64,000 bases of DNA from an uncultured Acidobacteriaceae bacterium (GCA_963814015.1 CAWFBI010000007.1:247461-311460); one strand, 5' to 3'; shown: positions 38,591 through 47,562, counted from the stretch's first letter. Translations and numbers: made by a program. Notes: generated from the letters alone by a model not told the origin.

Positions 38591-38910
38591 AAAGAAACGG
38601 AAGTAACACCTTTTCGCCATTGCCGGCTCTGGGCGCCAAAGGCAGACTCCCAAATAGCAGCATGCTCTCCCTCCTTTGGGTGCGCCGGCCAAGTCGATAC
38701 ATCTTTCCACGTCGAAAGATATCGCTCGGATGTCACGCGCGGCGGCTTTTCTATGCGCACCCCTTCTATCCTTAAAATTGGCGGTTTCCGGCAGGGAAAT
38801 CTTATGCGCGTATTTATGACCTGCGGATAGATCATCGAGTCCCGGCATATGCCGGGACCCCTGAAATTAGCCCAGCACGCAGTGCTGGTTATCGGATCAA
38901 CCGTCCCTTC

Positions 38911-40213
38911 GGAGTGTGTGTCATAGCAGGTACTTGATTTGGGTAAAGATGTGAGCGAGAAGGGAGTATGTCTCGTTTTCATCATTACGATCCCGAGCAG
39001 ATGTATTTACTGCCGCCGAGTGTGGCGGAGGTGCTGAGCGAAAAGCACTTGTGTTTTCACGTGCATCGGGTAGTGGAAGCACTGGATGTGAGGGAGTTCG
39101 AGCAAGCTTATGGTCGGGAGGGACGTCTGGCGTATCCGCCGCGGATGATGCTGAAGGTGTGGCTGTATGCCTTTTGTTTGCAGGTGCATTCGACGCGCCG
39201 GCTGGAGCAGCGGATAGGAGAAGATCTGGCGCTGCGTTATCTAGCCGGAGCACTGAGGCCCGACCATAAGACGCTCAGTGAGTTTTTACGACGGCATCGG
39301 CGGGCGATCAACGACGTGTTCACGCAAGTATTAGGGATGGCACGTAAGGCAGGGTTGGCGCAGCTGGGTCATGTGGCCATCGATTCCAGCCGGATCGGAG
39401 CCAACGCCGCGCGCAGCAGTGTGGTGGAGCAACGTAATCAGCGGGCGCAGGACCGTCTTCAGGTGCGGCGGTATCAGCAAAAGGCAACCCAGCCGGAGGG
39501 AGACGAAAACGGAGGTGTGGTGCTGCAAGCCCAACAGCAGGAGGCGCTTTCGGCGCAACTGCAGGCGGGTACAGGGCTGACTCCACTGCCCCGGTCAAGA
39601 CGTGCTCAGAGTTCCACCACCGACCCAGACAGCCGTTTTCTGCGTGCCCGGGATGGCTGGGTGCTTGGCTACACCGCCGATCTGGCTGTCAGCCAGGACC
39701 ATTTCATCGTAGCTACGCGGGTGACGCAACAGGCCACCGACAACGCCTCGCTGGTGCCCATGATCGAGGAAGTGAAGCGACAATGTCGCTCTCATCCGGA
39801 GAAAGTGAGCGCTGATTCTGGCTTTTTTAGTGGTCAGGCATTGGAATTTCTCGACCAACATGGTATCGACGGCTATCTGCCGGACAACAACCTAAAGCAC
39901 GAGTTCACCACCGGCGAAGTGGCCCAGGGGTTAGGTCGAAGCCCTATCCGAAACCCCAAACACCAGCGCATGCGGGAGAAGCTCCGAAGCCCGGCTGGGC
40001 GGCAGATTTACCAAAAACGCCAAGCCATCGTAGAACCTTTATTCGCAATCCTCAAACAACAACGTGGTCTCAGACGGTTCTACAGACGGGGCCTGGTAAA
40101 CGTTCAAACCGAATGGATGTTGCTAGCCATTGCCCACAACATCGCCCGCATGAGAACCGTTTGAACCCTCAACTGCAATTTTGTCTGCCCCACTCTGCTA
40201 TGACACACACTCC
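38911..40213 (+). mobile_element. IS5/IS1182-type insertion sequence, 1303 bp
   Basis: Perfect 19-bp terminal inverted repeats: GGAGTGTGTGTCATAGCAG at 38911-38929 and its reverse complement at 40195-40213. They enclose one transposase ORF. No clear target-site duplication is visible. Confidence 0.85.
38968..40164 (+). CDS. IS5/IS1182-superfamily DDE transposase
   Basis: 398 aa with a DUF772-like N-terminus (PPRMMLKVWLYAFCLQVHSTRRLE) and DDE regions (AIDSSRIGANA, SADSGFFSG, IVEPLFAILKQQRGLRRF). Confidence 0.9.
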   Translation: MSRFHHYDPEQMYLLPPSVAEVLSEKHLCFHVHRVVEALDVREFEQAYGREGRLAYPPRMMLKVWLYAFCLQVHSTRRLEQRIGEDLALRYLAGALRPDHKTLSEFLRRHRRAINDVFTQVLGMARKAGLAQLGHVAIDSSRIGANAARSSVVEQRNQRAQDRLQVRRYQQKATQPEGDENGGVVLQAQQQEALSAQLQAGTGLTPLPRSRRAQSSTTDPDSRFLRARDGWVLGYTADLAVSQDHFIVATRVTQQATDNASLVPMIEEVKRQCRSHPEKVSADSGFFSGQALEFLDQHGIDGYLPDNNLKHEFTTGEVAQGLGRSPIRNPKHQRMREKLRSPAGRQIYQKRQAIVEPLFAILKQQRGLRRFYRRGLVNVQTEWMLLAIAHNIARMRTV

Positions 40214-40380
40214 ATGCGGGACTATCCTTCCGAGTGGTTGTCACGGCAGACCTACCCAGTACTATTTCGAGGCCTCTTTCCGCGCCGTCCCCAAGGCAGG
40301 GCTCCACGGCAGGTGTTGAGTTGCTATCGTCACTCCTCTATCCGCGCCCCCGGCAGCGGCAGAATGCTCTAGACTAGGCT

Positions 40381-42696
40381 GTGCGCATTTTCACCCGCTA
40401 CATCTGGCATGAAGTGCTCTCGCACGCCCTCCTTGGCGGTGCGCTCTTCACCTTCATCCTGTTCATGAAGTATCTCGGGCAACTGTTGGAGATGGCAGCG
40501 CGCAACAGCGCGTCGCTGGGCAGCGTGGCCAAGATTTTTCTGTTCATGCTGCCTAATATTCTGAGCTTCACGATTCCCATGGCGGTGCTGGTCGGGGTCC
40601 TGCTCGGCCTCAGCCGGCTGGCTGCCGACAGTGAAATTACCGCCATGCGGGCGGTGGGAATTGGCGTCTGGTTCTTTGTCCGCGTAGTCTCAGCAATCGC
40701 CATCGTTGGCTGGGGAATATCGCTGGCCGATTCGCTCTACGTCGCTCCCAGGGCAACCGCCGCGTTATTGAATATCGAGAGCTCGCTTAAAGATCAGCAG
40801 GCCTCATTTCAAGTGGAGCCGCGCGTCTTCTATGAAGACTTCAAGAACTACGTGCTGTACGTGCAGGATATCCGCGCCGGCACAGGAGCCTCGCGATGGC
40901 AGCGCATCTTCCTCGCCGACCTGAGCGACCCGGTCGCGCCCAAGATCACCACGGCCGAGGAAGCGGTCGTTGCCGACAGCGGTGCTCACACCATCCTGAT
41001 GCGTCTGCGCAATGGAACCGAGCACGACATGGTAAGCACCAACGGGGCTCCCCAATACCAGGTTTCCACCTTCGTGGAGTCGGAACTCCCCCTGACCATT
41101 GGCACCCAGGAAGATGCGCACATCGGCCACAATGACACCCCTATTCTTGCCATGGGCAACCGGGTGCTCTATGAGCGCACCAAGGGGCCGGGGGGCAAAC
41201 CTTACCTGATCGAACTCAATAAGCGGTTCGCCTACCCATCGGCCTGCCTGGTCCTGATGCTGATCGGTATTCCCCTCGGCCTCTCCTCGCGGCGCGGCGG
41301 CAAAAGCGCCGGCTTTGTGGTGACCATCGCACTGGTCTTCATTTACTACTTCCTCTCCATGACTGGCACTTCGCTCGCTCGCGAGGGTAAAGTCCCTGTT
41401 TTTGCCGGCGTATGGGCGGCAAATATCCTATTTGCCTTTTTCGGCCTGCTGCTGCTGCGGCAAATGGCGGTCGGGGGATCGGTGGGCACCCAGCTCGCCG
41501 CTATGGTCAGCAAATTCAAAAGCACGCAGCTGCTGAGCCCCAGGCTTGAGCGCAGCACGGGAGAGCGCACCGCCCACGAACGCGGGCGTTTTCCACTCAT
41601 TCTCGACGACTATGTGCTGCGCGAGTTTCTCACCACCTTTTGTCTGGTCCTGGTCAGTTTCGTTCTGCTAATGCTGGTATTTACCTTCTTTGAGCTGCTC
41701 GGCGACATCATCCGCAACCGTACTCCGCTGGTTACAGTCGGCGAATATCTCATCAACCTCACACCCAGCATGCTTTACAACATCACCCCTTTGGGGGTGC
41801 TGGTTGCGGTGCTGGTCACGTTTGGCGTGCTCACCCGAACCAACGAATTTACCGCCATGAAGGCTACCGGCATCAGCTTGTACCGGGTGATGGTTCCCAT
41901 CCTGGTGATATCGGCATTGATCGCCGTCGCCCTTTTCCTTTTCGATGAGTCCTATCTTCCCGGCGCCAACCGGAGGCAGGAGGCTCTGCGCAGCGTCATC
42001 AAAAACAGACCGGCGCAAACCTTTCTACGGCCCGACCAGAAGTGGATCTTCGGGCGGCAGGAGCCTGGGAAGCCCGGCCGCATTTTCTATTACCAGTTCT
42101 TCGATCCGGACCAGGACCGCTTCGCCAATCTAACCGTCTTCGAATTCAACCCGGAGAATTTTTCTCTTTCCCGCCGCATCTTCGCCACCAGCGTCCACTG
42201 GGAGCCACAATTGCAGCAATGGGTCTTTGAACACGGGTGGGAACGCCGCTTCGATGGCGAAGCCGTTAGCAGTTATAGCCAGTTCAGTGTCGAAGGCTAT
42301 CCGGAAATAGGCGAGGGGCCGCAATACTTCAAGAAGGAAGACCTGCAATCGAAAGAGATGACCTTCGGTGAGCTGGAGCGCTACATCCGCGACTTAAGGC
42401 AGAGCGGCTTCGACACAAAAAAACTCAGCGTTCAGCTGAATCTGAAGCTTGCCTATCCGCTCGTAACCCTGGTGATGGCGGTGCTGGCGATTCCTTTTGC
42501 CTTGTCCATGGGCAAACGCGGCTCCCTGACCGGCATAGCCACCGCCATAGGAGTGGCAATCGCTTACTGGTTCGTGGAGCTTACCTTTCAAGCCCTGGGA
42601 GACGTTAATTTTCTGCCCACGCTGCTGGCGGCCTGGTCGCCTGACCTGCTCTTCGGCCTCGCCGGAGCTTACCTGCTGCTGCGCACGCCTACCTAG
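40381..42696 (+). CDS. lptFG: fused LptF-LptG LPS export permease (two YjgP/YjgQ domains)
   Basis: 771 aa with a GTG start. The first permease module starts MRIFTRYIWHEVL.. and the second starts at about aa 400 (LILDDYVLREFLTTF..). Each has three TM helices, a periplasmic domain, then three TM helices. Confidence 0.8.
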   Translation: MRIFTRYIWHEVLSHALLGGALFTFILFMKYLGQLLEMAARNSASLGSVAKIFLFMLPNILSFTIPMAVLVGVLLGLSRLAADSEITAMRAVGIGVWFFVRVVSAIAIVGWGISLADSLYVAPRATAALLNIESSLKDQQASFQVEPRVFYEDFKNYVLYVQDIRAGTGASRWQRIFLADLSDPVAPKITTAEEAVVADSGAHTILMRLRNGTEHDMVSTNGAPQYQVSTFVESELPLTIGTQEDAHIGHNDTPILAMGNRVLYERTKGPGGKPYLIELNKRFAYPSACLVLMLIGIPLGLSSRRGGKSAGFVVTIALVFIYYFLSMTGTSLAREGKVPVFAGVWAANILFAFFGLLLLRQMAVGGSVGTQLAAMVSKFKSTQLLSPRLERSTGERTAHERGRFPLILDDYVLREFLTTFCLVLVSFVLLMLVFTFFELLGDIIRNRTPLVTVGEYLINLTPSMLYNITPLGVLVAVLVTFGVLTRTNEFTAMKATGISLYRVMVPILVISALIAVALFLFDESYLPGANRRQEALRSVIKNRPAQTFLRPDQKWIFGRQEPGKPGRIFYYQFFDPDQDRFANLTVFEFNPENFSLSRRIFATSVHWEPQLQQWVFEHGWERRFDGEAVSSYSQFSVEGYPEIGEGPQYFKKEDLQSKEMTFGELERYIRDLRQSGFDTKKLSVQLNLKLAYPLVTLVMAVLAIPFALSMGKRGSLTGIATAIGVAIAYWFVELTFQALGDVNFLPTLLAAWSPDLLFGLAGAYLLLRTPT

Positions 42697-42717
42697 GCAT
42701 TTAGAATAAAACTCAGC

Positions 42718-44484
42718 ATGCTTGCCACGCTCCGGCCGCTTTTCCCATATCTGCGCCGCTATCGCCGTGACTTTGTCTGGGGCGGATTGTCCGTCGTGAT
42801 CTCGAATGTGATCTGGATCTTTTTCCCCCAGGTCATTCGCATCGCCATCGACGACCTGAACCACGGCGTCACCCGGCAAAAGATTTTCCTCTACGCCGCG
42901 CTGCTGGTAGCCATTTCCTTCGCCAAGGGTGTCTTCCTCTTCCTCACCCGCTGGATCATCATCGGCATTTCTCGCGAAATTGAGTTTGACCTGCGCAACG
43001 ACCTCTTCCGCCACCTGGAGCGGCAGCCCGCAGCTTACTTCCAGCAACATCGAACCGGCGACATCATGGCCCGCATGACCAACGACCTGAATGCAGTGCG
43101 CATGCTGCTGGGTCCGGCCATTATGTACAGCGCCAACACCGTCCTGTTTTCCATCGGCGCTTTGTATTTCCTGCTCCGCATCAGCCCCTGGCTGACCCTG
43201 GTAGCCCTGGTCCCGTTGCCCCTGGTCAGCGTCCTCGTACAGGTTCTGGGGCGCAAGATTCATGAACGCTTCGAGCGCATTCAGGCGATGTACTCCGAGA
43301 TCTCGGCGCAAGCCCAGGAGAACTTTTCCGGCGCCCGCCTGGTCCGCGCCTTTGCCCAGGAAGAAGCCCAGATTGCCGCCTTTGAACGATCCAATAAAGA
43401 GAATATCCGCCGCGGCCTCCGCCTGGTTCAGCTCATGGGAATGCTGTGGCCGACGCTCGAATTCGTGCTCGGACTTGCCCTGGCCATTACCCTGCTGGTG
43501 GGCGGCCATGAGGTGCTTTCCCACCGCATCAGCATCGGTGATTTTGTTGCCTTCAATACCTATATGGTGATGCTCACCTGGCCGGTCATCGCCCTGGGCT
43601 GGGTAGTAAACCTGTGGCAACGGGGCACCGCTTCGGTAGTGCGCATCGATGAGTTGCTGTCCGACAAGCCAGCCATCGACGATGCCGAGGCTGACCCCAC
43701 CCTTTCAGCCGATCTGAAACTGCGTGGCGACATCGAGTTTCGCAACCTCGACTTTTCCTACTCCGGCTCGGACTCCGGCCGCGCAGAGGTGCTGCATTCG
43801 CTGTCGCTCAAGATTCCGGCCGGCAGCAGTCTTGCCATCGTGGGCCCGACCGGCTCTGGAAAATCGACCCTGGTCAGCCTGATCCCTCGGCTGTATGACG
43901 CCGCCCCGGGAGCCGTTCTGATCGACGATCACCCCATCCGCGATTATCCTCTCGCCCTCTTGCGCTCGAACATTGGCTTCGTTCCCCAGGAGACCTTTTT
44001 ATTCAGTCAGACCATCCGTGGAAATATCGCTTTTGGCGCTCCCTGGGCTACCGATAGCCAGGTTCTTGAGGCCGCCGAAGCCGCGCACATTCGCCGCGAA
44101 TTTGAAGAATTTCCCGCCGGCCTGGCCACCCCCGTCGGTGAGCGCGGCGTCACCCTTTCCGGCGGCCAAAAACAGCGCACCGCGATTGCCCGCGCCGTCA
44201 TCCGCAACCCCCGCATCCTGATCCTCGACGACGCTTTGTCCAGCGTCGACACCTATACCGAGGAGCAGATCCTGGGCGAACTGCAGCGCGTGATGCAGGG
44301 CCGCACTACCTTGTTCATCTCCCACCGCATATCCACCGTCCGCCATGCGGACCAGATTGCCGTGCTGGTGGCCGGCCGCATCGTGGAGCTGGGCACGCAC
44401 GATGAGTTGCTCGCCAGGAACGGCTATTACGCGGATCTGTTCCAGAAGCAGCTGCTCGAAGAAGAGCTGGCAATCACCCACTGA
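42718..44484 (+). CDS. ABC exporter, fused TMD-NBD (MsbA-like lipid flippase)
   Basis: 588 aa with six TM helices, then Walker A GPTGSGKST, signature LSGGQKQR and Walker B ILILDDA. Lies 22 nt downstream of lptFG. Confidence 0.85.
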   Translation: MLATLRPLFPYLRRYRRDFVWGGLSVVISNVIWIFFPQVIRIAIDDLNHGVTRQKIFLYAALLVAISFAKGVFLFLTRWIIIGISREIEFDLRNDLFRHLERQPAAYFQQHRTGDIMARMTNDLNAVRMLLGPAIMYSANTVLFSIGALYFLLRISPWLTLVALVPLPLVSVLVQVLGRKIHERFERIQAMYSEISAQAQENFSGARLVRAFAQEEAQIAAFERSNKENIRRGLRLVQLMGMLWPTLEFVLGLALAITLLVGGHEVLSHRISIGDFVAFNTYMVMLTWPVIALGWVVNLWQRGTASVVRIDELLSDKPAIDDAEADPTLSADLKLRGDIEFRNLDFSYSGSDSGRAEVLHSLSLKIPAGSSLAIVGPTGSGKSTLVSLIPRLYDAAPGAVLIDDHPIRDYPLALLRSNIGFVPQETFLFSQTIRGNIAFGAPWATDSQVLEAAEAAHIRREFEEFPAGLATPVGERGVTLSGGQKQRTAIARAVIRNPRILILDDALSSVDTYTEEQILGELQRVMQGRTTLFISHRISTVRHADQIAVLVAGRIVELGTHDELLARNGYYADLFQKQLLEEELAITH

Positions 44485-44525
44485 TCACCTTGACACCTGG
44501 CGAAATTCAGGTTCAGGATTGTGGG

Positions 44526-44603
44526 CGTGGTGAAGGAGTTCACCGTTAACCGCTGTGCGGCTTTCTCCGCACAGATGATGACTCCTGACAGGGTTTCTGT
44601 CGG
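44526..44603 (+). promoter_or_regulatory. candidate fluoride riboswitch (crcB-motif-like aptamer plus downstream hairpin)
   Basis: P1 GGUG/CACC encloses the loop AAGGAGUU. Then junction GUUAACCGC, 8-bp hairpin 44553-44574, and tail AUGAUGACUCCUGAC whose ACUCC pairs with the loop GGAGU. Three deviations from the recalled consensus. DUF190 gene downstream. Confidence 0.5.
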
Positions 44604-44637
44604 TTGAGTCACTCACGCAGCGACGGAATCCCGAAAA

Positions 44638-46794
44638 GTGAAAAATGGCAAGGGTACGACTACCTTTTGCGCCGTGATGCGGACGAGGATAGAGATGAAT
44701 GCGCCCGGCGGAAACCGCGAATCACAACCCGAGACCGCCTTGAACGACGCGCAGCGCCTTCGGCTAAGCGTGAGTTGCCGATACATCGATCGACTGCTTG
44801 GCGAGATGGATAAGATCCTGCACGCGGCAGGGTCTCAGTCACCCTTCGACAAGTACATCGTGGATATTACCCCGGCGCAGACCAGGGTGCTCGAGGATTA
44901 CATCCATCGTCTTCGCGGCCAGCTACTTCGTTCCCTCGCATGGCAGCAGCTGGAGCCCGACGCCCCTACGATTCCTGTTACCCATGCCATTCTCACTCAC
45001 CTGTCTTTCATCGATATTGCGGTCGAAGAACTTCGCCCTCGTCATATGCGCGGATCCGGCGCCGTCAATGACCATGTCGCCGGCGAACTGAACGGCGTGG
45101 TCCATGAACTACGCTCACTGCTCGAGGCCATGAACCGTTACCTGCGCCAGGAGATGGGAACCAGTCTGGAGGCACGCCTCGAACGCCTCCAGCAAGTGGG
45201 CACGGATATTACGCTGCTGCAAACAACCTCCCAAATCATCACCCGCCACGGAATGGTTGAATTTCGCGGACGTCTCGAAGCATTAGCCTCACGTCTGGAA
45301 GACCGCAGTTTCGAGATTGCTTTCTTTGGTCGAGTGAGTTCAGGCAAGTCATCGCTGCTGAATGCTTTGCTCGGCAGGGAAATTCTGCCCGTCGGGGTCA
45401 ACCCGATAACGGCCGTGCCGACCAGGCTGCGATCTGGTCTCAACTCCCGGGCAATTATGACCTTCGCCAATGGGCACAGCGAGGAAATCCCCCTGAACGA
45501 ACTCGCTCGCTTTGTAACCGAGGAAGGCAATCCGGGAAACACGCGCAATGTGATCCGAGCCGTAGTCGAAATTCCATCACCCAGGCTTGAACAAGGAATC
45601 GTGTTGGTAGACACCCCCGGCCTTGGTTCCCTGGCAAAACGGGGCGCAGGCGAGACCCTGGCCTATCTGCCATCGGCTGATCTGGGTGTCTTGCTAGTGG
45701 ACGCGGGCACAACGCTCAGCGAGGAAGATATCGGTACTCTGCGCCTGCTCTACGAGGCAGGAATTCCGTCGCTTGTCTTGCTCAGTAAGGCCGACCTGCT
45801 GCAAGCGAAGGATCTCGAGAGCGCTCTCGCCTACATCAGCGGCAATCTTCAACAGCAGCTTGGTATCAATCCGACAGTCCATCCGGTAAGTGCGTTGCCC
45901 AGTCATTGGGCGTTGCTCGATAGTTTTTACCAGACCGACTTGCTGCCGCGATTCGGTCGCTCAACCAGCCTACGGAATGAATCGGCCGGTCGGAAAATCG
46001 TAGCTTTGCGCGAGGCGGTGATTGCGGCCATAGAAACCGTGCTGGATCGCAGTGGGCGGCGGGATAACCTGAACCGCACCAGGCTTGACGAACTGGAAGC
46101 AAAACTCAGGCGTTCGATTGGTGTAATCGGCGAGCAGCCGCGCGTCTTTGAGCACGACCTGCTGCTGGTTGAAGAGGGCTGTGATCGAGCCCTGTCCCAT
46201 CTGGCTGAATTAAGCTTGCGATGGACACGGAGCACGGGCGAAACGGACATTGCTCCACTGCAAATTTCTGAGTGGGTAGACGCGTTCGTTCAGGATCAGC
46301 TTAAGGAGCCGATTCGGCGTCTGCGGGAAACATCGGAAGAGGCGATCCACGTAATGCAACAGATTGCCACCACCCTGGATGCTCCTGATGCGCCGGCAGT
46401 GACTGAGATCGAGCTGCTCTTACGAGACCTGCCGCGTTTCGAACTTGCTGCATTAACGAATTCCGTAAGCGTCGGTCACTGGACTCTGCTTGGGGAGAGG
46501 ATGGCGGTCTCACGAATGCGCTCGCAGCTCAAAGAGCAACTCGAGACCATCCTGAGAGATCAATTTCGTGCGTACGGTCGCGTTCTTAATCGATGGATTG
46601 ACCGCACGACGCGTAGCCTGGAGCGGCTTGTAAGCTCCTACGCAGACGGCTACCGGGTGCAGATTCAGCGCCTCGCGGGACACACGGACGAGTCTCTCGA
46701 CATGGAGCAGCTTCGGCTGGATTTGGCTCTCTTGTTACGGCCATCGAAAATCGGCCACTCGCCCGGCGCCGTTAATATTGCCCGGTGCTGCTAA
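44638..46794 (+). CDS. bacterial dynamin-like GTPase
   Basis: G1 GRVSSGKSS, G3 DTPGLGS, G4 SKAD, with long helical regions on both sides. The likely real start is ATG 44695 (SD GAGGA five nt upstream) rather than GTG 44638. Confidence 0.85.
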   Translation: MKNGKGTTTFCAVMRTRIEMNAPGGNRESQPETALNDAQRLRLSVSCRYIDRLLGEMDKILHAAGSQSPFDKYIVDITPAQTRVLEDYIHRLRGQLLRSLAWQQLEPDAPTIPVTHAILTHLSFIDIAVEELRPRHMRGSGAVNDHVAGELNGVVHELRSLLEAMNRYLRQEMGTSLEARLERLQQVGTDITLLQTTSQIITRHGMVEFRGRLEALASRLEDRSFEIAFFGRVSSGKSSLLNALLGREILPVGVNPITAVPTRLRSGLNSRAIMTFANGHSEEIPLNELARFVTEEGNPGNTRNVIRAVVEIPSPRLEQGIVLVDTPGLGSLAKRGAGETLAYLPSADLGVLLVDAGTTLSEEDIGTLRLLYEAGIPSLVLLSKADLLQAKDLESALAYISGNLQQQLGINPTVHPVSALPSHWALLDSFYQTDLLPRFGRSTSLRNESAGRKIVALREAVIAAIETVLDRSGRRDNLNRTRLDELEAKLRRSIGVIGEQPRVFEHDLLLVEEGCDRALSHLAELSLRWTRSTGETDIAPLQISEWVDAFVQDQLKEPIRRLRETSEEAIHVMQQIATTLDAPDAPAVTEIELLLRDLPRFELAALTNSVSVGHWTLLGERMAVSRMRSQLKEQLETILRDQFRAYGRVLNRWIDRTTRSLERLVSSYADGYRVQIQRLAGHTDESLDMEQLRLDLALLLRPSKIGHSPGAVNIARCC

Positions 46795-46803
46795 GGAGGT
46801 TTT

Positions 46804-47562
46804 ATGCTGAAGCCCGGAAAAGCCCTCAAGGTCTCGATCTACTTGAGCGAAGGTGACACCCACCATGGCGTGCCTATTTATGCCAGCATCCTCGATTACC
46901 TCTTTTTTCGAGGCGTCTCCGGCGCGACCGTGTTGAAAGGTGTTGCCGGCTTTGGCGCCGATCATCGCCTGCACAGCTCCAGCTACGTCGAGATCTCGGA
47001 TAAACTGCCTCTCAAGATCGAGTTCATTGAGGCCGAGCAAAAGGTCGAAGAGCTGCTCGGCAGATTAGAAGAGATGGCTGGAAACGGTTTGATCGAAGTC
47101 CAGGAAACTAAAATCGTGAAGCCATCACTCCCCACCAGGCACAAGGCTGGTAAGGCTCAAGCGGCGGTCAGGATTGAAGGCAAGGCCAAACTGATGCGCA
47201 TTTACATTGGAGAAGACGATCGATGGAATGACAAACCGCTTTACAAGATGCTGGTCGAAGCAATGAGGGCAAATGATCTTGCCGGGGCGACGGTTTATCG
47301 CGGCATCCTCGGATACGGGGCGCATCGCAGGGTCCACCGCGACAAGCCTTTTCATATGTCCCATGACGCATCGATAATGCTCTCGGTGGTGGACACAGAA
47401 GAGAAGATTCGGAGCTTTCTGCCCGTACTGGAGCGAATGGTTCAGGAGGGATTGATTGTGCTTTCGGACGTAGATGTGGTGAAGTATTCGCACCGCCCTA
47501 TCCATGCGGACGAAAGCGATGGGGGCACTGCACCTGAATCCTTACCGCACAATCAATTTTGA
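46804..47562 (+). CDS. tandem DUF190 (COG1993, PII-like fold) protein
   Basis: Two ~105-aa repeats, each with the (I/V)Y.GE.D...GKPLY..L......G..GATV.RG..G(F/Y)G pattern recalled from single-domain DUF190 proteins. SD AAGGAGG overlaps the dynamin stop codon. Confidence 0.85.
   Translation: MLKPGKALKVSIYLSEGDTHHGVPIYASILDYLFFRGVSGATVLKGVAGFGADHRLHSSSYVEISDKLPLKIEFIEAEQKVEELLGRLEEMAGNGLIEVQETKIVKPSLPTRHKAGKAQAAVRIEGKAKLMRIYIGEDDRWNDKPLYKMLVEAMRANDLAGATVYRGILGYGAHRRVHRDKPFHMSHDASIMLSVVDTEEKIRSFLPVLERMVQEGLIVLSDVDVVKYSHRPIHADESDGGTAPESLPHNQF

Noticed and set aside
38545-38985. 146-aa minus-strand ORF crossing the left end of the IS5/IS1182 element
   Set aside because: It spans the IS inverted repeat and the hairpin-rich spacer, has no SD or motifs, and is probably fortuitous.
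42394-43620. 408-aa minus-strand ORF
   Set aside because: It is antisense to the lptFG end and the msbA-like start. Its composition is low-complexity and Q/G/H/D-rich, so it is a shadow ORF.
44638-46794. Dynamin-like GTPase as an Eleos/LeoA-type anti-phage defence system
   Set aside because: There is only one dynamin-family gene, no LeoBC-like partner, and no defence-island context. The neighbouring genes are housekeeping LPS-export genes and DUF190.
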